Assembly (NCBI GenBank): GCA_963718235.1
Contig: CAVQYR010000001.1
Coordinates: 320,001-384,000, forward strand
Direction of reading: 5' to 3'
DNA length: 64,000 bases
Source of the DNA: an uncultured Actinomycetota bacterium
GTDB lineage: Bacteria > Actinomycetota > Actinomycetes > JAHEKZ01
Shown: in pieces, positions 57,871 through 64,000 of the stretch
Layout of the letters: the number at the start of each line of letters is the position of its first letter
Numbering within the stretch: the first letter of the stretch is position 1
Position numbers and translations under genes: made by a program
Notes under the pieces: generated by a model
The model's database searches: none
Told to the model about the DNA's origin: nothing
The model's input: the letters and a program-made list of their open reading frames with translations, nothing else

Positions 57871-58685
57871 AGCCCGCGTACACCTGGCAGTTCGACCCCC
57901 GCCACCTCGAGTCGGTGCCCGTCGACCTCCCGGTCGCGATCACCCCCGAGTGGGCGTGGGAGGGCAGCACTGGGGCCGGGGTCAAGGTCGCCATCGTCGA
58001 CAGCGGCGTCGACCCTGGGCACCGATGGGTCGGCTCGGTCGCCGGCGGAGTGGCCGTGGAGTACGACCCCGAGCTGGTTGCGCGGGTCCGGTTCGACGAG
58101 GGGCCCCACGAGGACCTGTTCGGGCACGGCACAGCATGCGCCGCGATCGTGCGCAAGACCGCTCCTGATGCGGAGATGTACAGCATCCGTGTGCTCGGCT
58201 CACGTCTGAGCGGCAAGGGCTTCGTCTTTGCGGCCGGTCTTCAGTGGGCCATCGAGCACGGTATGCAGGTCGTCAACCTGAGCCTGTCGACGCCGAGCCG
58301 GGCTCACTTCGCCGCGTTCCACCGTCTCGTCGACGAGGCGGCCCGTCGGCGGATCATGGTGGTGTCCGCCATGAACAACTGGCCCGGTCGCTCATACCCG
58401 TCGGAGTTCTCCGGGGTGTTCAGCGTCGCTGCCCACGAGGGCACCGACCCATACGCGTTCGACGTCAATCCGCGCCCTCCGGCCGAGTGGGGGGCTCCAG
58501 GGATCGACCTCGAGGTCGCGAGCCTGGGCGGGTCGACGATTCGGGCCACCGGCAACAGCTTCGCATCTCCGCACATGGCGGGACTGATCGCGAAGATCCT
58601 GGGCAAGCACCCCGACCTCACGGTCTTCCAGATGAAGGCGATCCTGCAGTCCCTGGCCCGTAACGCAGTCTCGGCGTCTGCCTAG
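57867..58685 (+). CDS. S8 family (subtilase) serine peptidase, no signal peptide
   Basis: VAIVDSG, GHGTACA, SAMNN, TGNSFASPH triad. GTGA-coupled to the GAF gene. Confidence 0.92.
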   Translation: MKPAYTWQFDPRHLESVPVDLPVAITPEWAWEGSTGAGVKVAIVDSGVDPGHRWVGSVAGGVAVEYDPELVARVRFDEGPHEDLFGHGTACAAIVRKTAPDAEMYSIRVLGSRLSGKGFVFAAGLQWAIEHGMQVVNLSLSTPSRAHFAAFHRLVDEAARRRIMVVSAMNNWPGRSYPSEFSGVFSVAAHEGTDPYAFDVNPRPPAEWGAPGIDLEVASLGGSTIRATGNSFASPHMAGLIAKILGKHPDLTVFQMKAILQSLARNAVSASA

Positions 58686-59371
58686 CCCCCAGCTCGGCGC
58701 TCCAACTGCGCGAAGTTCGTCACGGTCACATGTCGACCGTCGATGGTGATCCAGCCGCGCTCGGCAAAGCGGTGCAGCGCCTGGTTCAGGCTCTGCCGCG
58801 ACACCCCCACCATCTCGGCGAGCTCAGTCTGCGACAGAGGCAGGTCGACGGCGACGGGAGCTCCCTGGCCAGCGACCCGCTCTCGATCAGCCAGGCCGAC
58901 CAGCAGCTTCGCGACTCGTGCCTGCACGTCGAGGAACACCAGATCGCCGGTCTGCTCGGTGAGCCGACGGACCAGCGTGCCCAGAGACCGCAGCAGTCCA
59001 TCGACCAGTGCCGGCTCGTTGTGAAGTGCGTCGAGCAGGTCCTGGCGCCGGAGGGTGAACACGGTGGTGGGCTCCACCGCGACGGCCGACGTCGAGCGAG
59101 ACCCGCCGTCGACCAGGGACAGCTCGCCGAACGTCTCAGTCGGGCCGACCGTGGCCAACAGCATCTCGCGTCCGTCCGGTGACGCGATGGTGATCTTGAC
59201 CAGCCCCGAGACGACCAGGTACAGCGTGTCGCCCGGGTCCCCCTCGTGGAACAGGGTGTGACCGGCGGCGAACGACCGGCGAACGGCGCCGTCGTTGAGC
59301 CGCCGCAGGAACTTGGTGTCCAGACCGGCGAACAGCTCGGTCCCCGACAGTGGGACTTCGTTGGGTTCCAT
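58682..59371 (-). CDS. Crp/Fnr family transcriptional regulator
   Basis: LFHEGDPGD, FGELSLVDGGSRS, LSQTELAEMVGVSRQSLNQAL HTH. Confidence 0.93.
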   Translation of the reverse strand: MEPNEVPLSGTELFAGLDTKFLRRLNDGAVRRSFAAGHTLFHEGDPGDTLYLVVSGLVKITIASPDGREMLLATVGPTETFGELSLVDGGSRSTSAVAVEPTTVFTLRRQDLLDALHNEPALVDGLLRSLGTLVRRLTEQTGDLVFLDVQARVAKLLVGLADRERVAGQGAPVAVDLPLSQTELAEMVGVSRQSLNQALHRFAERGWITIDGRHVTVTNFAQLERRAGG

Positions 59372-59402
59372 GCGGCGAAAGGTGGCAGCCTCGCTGCCCG
59401 CG

Positions 59403-59825
59403 CTAGCCGAGCTTCGCTTCAGAGGCGCGGATTGTCTCGCAGAGTCCGACCAGGATCTTGCGCGTCAGAGCCGGGTTGTCGTCGAGCAACGGCTGGAACT
59501 TCCAGGCGGGAAGGGACAGCGTGCGCATGGCTGACTCGGTCTTCACGGTCGCGCTTCGTGGTTTGCCGTCGATGACCGAGATCTCCCCGAAGTAGTCACC
59601 GGGCGCGAGAGTCCGGATCGTGCGAGCGCCTTGGCTGACTGTCGCCGTTCCGTCGAGGATCAGGTGGAAACCGACCGAACCCCCGCCCTCCTCGACGACC
59701 TCGTGGCCGGCTTGGTGCTCGACGGTGCGGGAGGCGCTCACGACCGCATTGAGCTCCTTGTCCGAGAGCCCTTCGAACAACGGCACCGACTTCAGCCGCT
59801 GGAGCAGGTCCTTGTCCGCCGCCAT
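59403..59825 (-). CDS. Stand-alone cyclic nucleotide-binding domain protein
   Basis: LKSVPLFEGLS, YFGEISVIDGKPRSATV. GGAGG RBS. Confidence 0.9.
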   Translation of the reverse strand: MAADKDLLQRLKSVPLFEGLSDKELNAVVSASRTVEHQAGHEVVEEGGGSVGFHLILDGTATVSQGARTIRTLAPGDYFGEISVIDGKPRSATVKTESAMRTLSLPAWKFQPLLDDNPALTRKILVGLCETIRASEAKLG

Positions 59826-60018
59826 GCCACGCCTCCGAGTCTGAGTGTGCCGAGGTAGGCACCTGAATCGAACAGTGCCACTCGCGGCAGTTCCCTGCAA
59901 GCGAATCGGGTCATGAAGAGCACCTGACCTTGGCTGCGCGAGCTCGTCGTGTCGACCACTCGCCCCAGGGGTGGGAATGGTCCACGAAGAACAGCTGAAA
60001 GCGCCTACTGTCTGCTCT

Positions 60019-60837
60019 GTGCTGCTGACCATGCTCGGCGTCCGAGGTTCGACTCCCGCGCCGGGGCCGGAGTTCGTCCGGTACGGCGGACACACCTCGT
60101 GCATCGCCCTGACCGCCAGCGGCCACGATCGTCCAACCCTCGTGCTGGACGCCGGTACCGGCCTGCGTGCCCTGACCTCCCTTCTGGACGGTCGGCCGTA
60201 TCGAGGGTCGATCTTGCTGAGCCACCTCCACTGGGACCACACCCAGGGTCTGCCGTTCTTCGTCGCAGGGGACCGTGACGACGCGGCAGTCGATGTCTAC
60301 CTACCCGCGCAGGAGGGACTGAGCGGGTTCGACCTGTTGGCGCAGTCCATGTCGCCGCCGACCTTCCCGATCACGCCTGCTGGTCTGCAGGGGAAGTGGT
60401 CCTTCAACGCACTCGAACCTGGCGAGTGCCGGGTCGAGGGGTTCACGGTTACTGCAGCAGACGTGCGCCACAAGGGCGGGCGAACGTTCGGGTACCGCAT
60501 CTCCGACGGGACCCGGGCGGTTGCCTTCCTGCCCGACCACGTGGCCAGGGGGGAGGTGACCGAGGAGCTGCAGCGGATCGGTGGTGGCGTGGACCTGCTC
60601 GTCCACGACGCCCAGTTCGTGGAGTCTGAGCGAGAACTCGCTGACGCCTACGGTCACTCGACCGTTGACGACGCTGTCGAGCTCGCGGTGTCCCTCGGGG
60701 CCCGCCGACTCGTCCTGTTCCATCATTCGCCGGCGCGAACCGACGACCAGCTGGACGCGATCCTGCGCCAGCTGAGCTGCCCGATCCCCGTCTCCCTGGC
60801 CCGCGAGGGCCAGGTGCTGGAGGTTGCCTCCGACTGA
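60019..60837 (+). CDS. MBL-fold metallo-hydrolase (RNase Z/phosphodiesterase-like)
   Basis: LGVRGS, YGGHTSC, LDAGTG, SHLHWDH, HDAQF, GHS, FHH. Start uncertain. Confidence 0.9.
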   Translation: MLLTMLGVRGSTPAPGPEFVRYGGHTSCIALTASGHDRPTLVLDAGTGLRALTSLLDGRPYRGSILLSHLHWDHTQGLPFFVAGDRDDAAVDVYLPAQEGLSGFDLLAQSMSPPTFPITPAGLQGKWSFNALEPGECRVEGFTVTAADVRHKGGRTFGYRISDGTRAVAFLPDHVARGEVTEELQRIGGGVDLLVHDAQFVESERELADAYGHSTVDDAVELAVSLGARRLVLFHHSPARTDDQLDAILRQLSCPIPVSLAREGQVLEVASD

Positions 60838-60930
60838 CGGGCTCGAGGTCCGTGCGCCGGCGTCGGCTGCGTGGGCGACGCGCATGGCATCGGTGTCCGG
60901 CATCTGTTGCGCGAGTGGCAGGGTGTTGTC

Positions 60931-62757
60931 GTGAGCTTTGGCACCGGAGGCACTGCCCCTCCCCGGCAGCGGAGGGGCTGGTCAGGTCGTGGCCTGGCCG
61001 TTCTCGCCCTGGCCGGGCTCTCCTGGGTGGCGGCCCCACCGGTCTCCCAGGCGGCCGGCCAGGATCCGGTCGTCGTGACCGCCTCCGGCTCGGTGCGCGG
61101 AGTGGCAGAGTCCGGGCTCGACGTCTTCCGAGGGATCCCGTACGCCGCCCCGCCGGTCGACGAGCGACGCTTCCGACCACCTGCTCCCGTGGCGCCCTGG
61201 ACCGACGTCCGCGACGCCACGGCGTTCGGCCCGGCCTGCCCGCAGGACCCCGACGAGCACGAGATGGCCGAAGGCACTCCGACGTCCGAGGACTGCCTCA
61301 CCCTCAACGTGTGGTCCCGGTCAGACGGTGCGCAAGCCCCCGTCGTGGTCTTCATCCATGGCGGTGGGTTCACCGCTGGCTCCACGCTGGATCCCTGGTA
61401 CGACGGAGCCGCCTTCGCCCAGCGCGGGATCGTGTTCGTGAGCCTTCAGTACCGCGTTGGCCCGCTCGGCTGGCTCGACCTCAGCAAGCTCGGGCCGCAG
61501 TACGCGACCAGCGGCAACGATGGTCTGCAGGACCAGATGGCAGCGCTGCGCTGGGTGCGTACCAACGCCGCGGCGTTCGGGGGTGACCCGAAGAACGTGA
61601 CCATCGTCGGCGAGTCCGCGGGCGCGATCAGTATCTCCGCGCTGCTGGGGTCACCTGCCGCCGACGGTCTGTACGACCGAGCGATTCTCGAGAGCGGCAC
61701 GCCGGGAACCGTCGCCACGCGCGACTGGTCCCAGCGCGTCTTCGAGCGGTTCGTCGAGTTCTCCGGCGTCTCCGAGCCTGAGGACATCCTGAGCCTGCCG
61801 ACGGACCGGGTGCTCGACGCAGCTCGCCAGATCTACGACACCGAGCTCTCCGACACCGCGTTCCACCCCCTTGTTGACGGCGTGATCCTGCCGCAGCTGC
61901 CGATGAGACGGATCGCCGCGGCGGACGGTCCGAAGGTGCCGGTGATCATCGGGACGAACCTCGACGAGGCTCGGTACTGGCTGTACTACATCCCTGAGCT
62001 CGACCGCCTGCCGTTGCGCTACTACCGACCGTGGCTTGAGTCCCTCGTCGGTGAGCGTGCCGACGACGTCATCGCGGCCTACCGGGCCGAGCGACCCGAG
62101 CTCGACGAGGCCCAGACCGGACTCGCGCTGTCCGGTGACGTCGGCTTCCGGATGCCCGCGATCCGCATGGCCGAGGCACTGTCGGCCCGTGGCGTCCCGG
62201 TGTGGATGTACTTGGCCACCATCGACTCGCCGGACCTCGACGGCCGCATGGGGTCCGCACACGCGATCGAGCTGCCGTTCGTGTTCGACAACCTCACCGC
62301 CGACCGTGCCCCCGAGCTCGTCGGGACGGACCCGGCGAACGAGGCGCTCGCCGACACGACACAACGGCTGTGGGTGTCGTTCGCCACCGACGGGGTCCCG
62401 TCGGCGTCTGGGGCCCCGAAGTGGCCGACCTACGACGCTGCCGATCGCACGACGCTCCTGCTCGACCGGACGCTTGCGATCGAGGACGACCCCTACCCGG
62501 CGAGCCGCAATGCCTGGGGGCCGATGCGGTTCGACGGCTCGGATCCTGGCCTGAACCGCCTGACGGCGCTGCAGTACGAGGGCACGAACCCCAACGACCC
62601 ACTCGTGATCGCTGCCGTCATCGGCTGGCAGTGGGTGATCCTCGGTGGAGCCGTCCTGATCGGCATCGTGGTCGCGTTGGCGCTCCTGCTGCGTTGGGTC
62701 CTCCGGCGGCTCCGGCTCGGTTCCGAACGGCGTGAGTCGACACCCATGCCCCGATAG
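60931..62757 (+). CDS. Type B carboxylesterase, exported with a C-terminal membrane anchor
   Basis: Signal-like N-terminus, FRGIPYA, SEDCLTLNVW, HGGGF, GESAG, HAIELPFVF, C-terminal TM followed by Arg. Confidence 0.9.
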   Translation: MSFGTGGTAPPRQRRGWSGRGLAVLALAGLSWVAAPPVSQAAGQDPVVVTASGSVRGVAESGLDVFRGIPYAAPPVDERRFRPPAPVAPWTDVRDATAFGPACPQDPDEHEMAEGTPTSEDCLTLNVWSRSDGAQAPVVVFIHGGGFTAGSTLDPWYDGAAFAQRGIVFVSLQYRVGPLGWLDLSKLGPQYATSGNDGLQDQMAALRWVRTNAAAFGGDPKNVTIVGESAGAISISALLGSPAADGLYDRAILESGTPGTVATRDWSQRVFERFVEFSGVSEPEDILSLPTDRVLDAARQIYDTELSDTAFHPLVDGVILPQLPMRRIAAADGPKVPVIIGTNLDEARYWLYYIPELDRLPLRYYRPWLESLVGERADDVIAAYRAERPELDEAQTGLALSGDVGFRMPAIRMAEALSARGVPVWMYLATIDSPDLDGRMGSAHAIELPFVFDNLTADRAPELVGTDPANEALADTTQRLWVSFATDGVPSASGAPKWPTYDAADRTTLLLDRTLAIEDDPYPASRNAWGPMRFDGSDPGLNRLTALQYEGTNPNDPLVIAAVIGWQWVILGGAVLIGIVVALALLLRWVLRRLRLGSERRESTPMPR

Positions 62758-62988
62758 CTGGGCGCCGGTGGACCCTCGAGCCAACCCGGTGACATGGACC
62801 CGCTCCGGCTTGATTGGCTCGGTGGGCTGAGTCTCTCCCGCGCTCCCGTGTGAGTGGCGGCAGCGCAGGTCACCGTGCGTGCGACTTGGTGGTCCCGTCG
62901 CTATCATTCGAGCGATGTCCTGCCTCGACTCGTCGCGGTCGACCGCCTTGCTCCGGCTGGGTAACCCGGCCAACAAGCAGAGCCGTCG

Positions 62989-64000
62989 ATGATCGACGTC
63001 TACCTGCACATCGGTGCTCCCAAGACGGGAACGACCTCGATCCAGCGCTCACTCGAGAACGCCGCTGAACCTCTTCTCGAGGAGGGCATCCTGTTTGCCG
63101 GCGGGACTCGGGCGGTCCAGAGACGTGCGGTCTTCGACGTTGTCGGCCGGAGGATTCCAGGGGCAGACACCACCAAGCTCGTCGGTTCCTGGCGTCGCCT
63201 GGTCGAGGAGATTCATGCGTGGTCGGGACAGTCAGCGGTGGTCTCCGACGAGCTTCTCGTGCTTTGCCGTCCCAAACAGATAGCCCGAATCGTGCGGGAT
63301 CTGGCAGGGCAGCGAGTCCACGTGGTCCTGGGGCTGCGTGACATCGGCAGCCTCGTTCCATCGACCTGGCAGCAGGAGGTTCGCAAGGGACGGGCGTTCA
63401 CGTGGGACGAGTACATCTCGGCGGTTCGCGACCCAGCGACCGGACCCGCCACTGCCGGGGTGCCGTTCTGGCTGAGGCAGGACCCGCTGCGGATCCTTGA
63501 CGCATGGGAGAGGCATGTGTCGCGCGACGAGATTCGGTTGGTGACGTTGCCGAGGAAGGGAAGCCCGCCCACGGTACTGCTGGGGCGGTTCGCCGACGCG
63601 GTAGGTATCACGGCAGGTGTTCTGGAGCCGGTCAAGAGCTCCAACCCGTCGTTGGGCAGCGTTGAGACCGAGGTCATCCGCCGGTTGAACCAGGGCTTGG
63701 GGGCGAAGGCGAGCACTCGTGGCCATCTCGATCTGGTGCGCGCGATCATCCCCGGGCTCACGGCGCATCCGGGGCGTCCACTGCGGCTTCCACAGGATGA
63801 CCTGCCTTGGGCTGTCGCCTACACGGATGCGCTTTCCAGCGAACTGAGGAGTCGTGGCTACGCCGTCTTCGGCACACTCGACGACCTAGCGCCGACGGCT
63901 GCTGCCTCGGGCGAGCGACGCATCGACGACGTAACCGACGTCGAACTGCTGGATGCGACGGAAGTCGCTCTACTGGGGCTGTCGCGAAGGTACACCCGAG
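62989..64000 (+). CDS. Sulfotransferase-like P-loop protein (runs off the window end)
   Basis: Manual translation MIDVYLHIGAPKTGTTSIQ...VVSDELL...LRD...PSTWQQEVR. Confidence 0.75.
   Translation, partial: MIDVYLHIGAPKTGTTSIQRSLENAAEPLLEEGILFAGGTRAVQRRAVFDVVGRRIPGADTTKLVGSWRRLVEEIHAWSGQSAVVSDELLVLCRPKQIARIVRDLAGQRVHVVLGLRDIGSLVPSTWQQEVRKGRAFTWDEYISAVRDPATGPATAGVPFWLRQDPLRILDAWERHVSRDEIRLVTLPRKGSPPTVLLGRFADAVGITAGVLEPVKSSNPSLGSVETEVIRRLNQGLGAKASTRGHLDLVRAIIPGLTAHPGRPLRLPQDDLPWAVAYTDALSSELRSRGYAVFGTLDDLAPTAAASGERRIDDVTDVELLDATEVALLGLSRRYTR

Noticed and set aside
51051-60837. Canonical Pycsar, CBASS or Avs call for the cyclase locus
   Set aside because: No compact cyclase-effector pair, CD-NTase, TIR or nuclease effector is visible. 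Immunity is kept only as an alternative hypothesis.

Overview
High-GC, actinobacterial-type window (taxon inferred from composition and gene content). About 1-25 kb is core-like: a quinone oxidoreductase, AtuA-family protein plus enoyl-CoA hydratase, an oleA-oleBC-oleD olefin cluster, ggt, a K+ channel, an orphan chemoreceptor, chrA, a bfaA/bfaB-type methyl-branched fatty acid pair, corA, and tRNAs Ser(TGA), Ser(GCT) and Arg(ACG). Downstream of tRNA-Arg the DNA is accessory: two extra tRNA-Arg 3' att-like copies, IS21 and IS481 elements, several pseudogenes and two toxin-antitoxin loci. Two candidates for undescribed systems stand out. (1) A ~10 kb cyclic-nucleotide locus (50.5-60.8 kb) holds a class III cyclase-STAND ATPase-TPR protein, a 50-aa EDDT[EQ]G repeat peptide missed by the ORF track, an MFS transporter fused to a cNMP-binding domain, a GAF protein coupled to a cytoplasmic S8 protease, a Crp regulator, a stand-alone cNMP-binding protein and an MBL hydrolase. 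(2) A 1155-bp transposase-less element carries an AbiEi/DUF559-type nuclease gene between 66-bp terminal inverted repeats, with a solo copy of the repeat unit 13 kb away. All calls were made by eye from motifs, without database searches, so novelty is unverified and start codons are best estimates.
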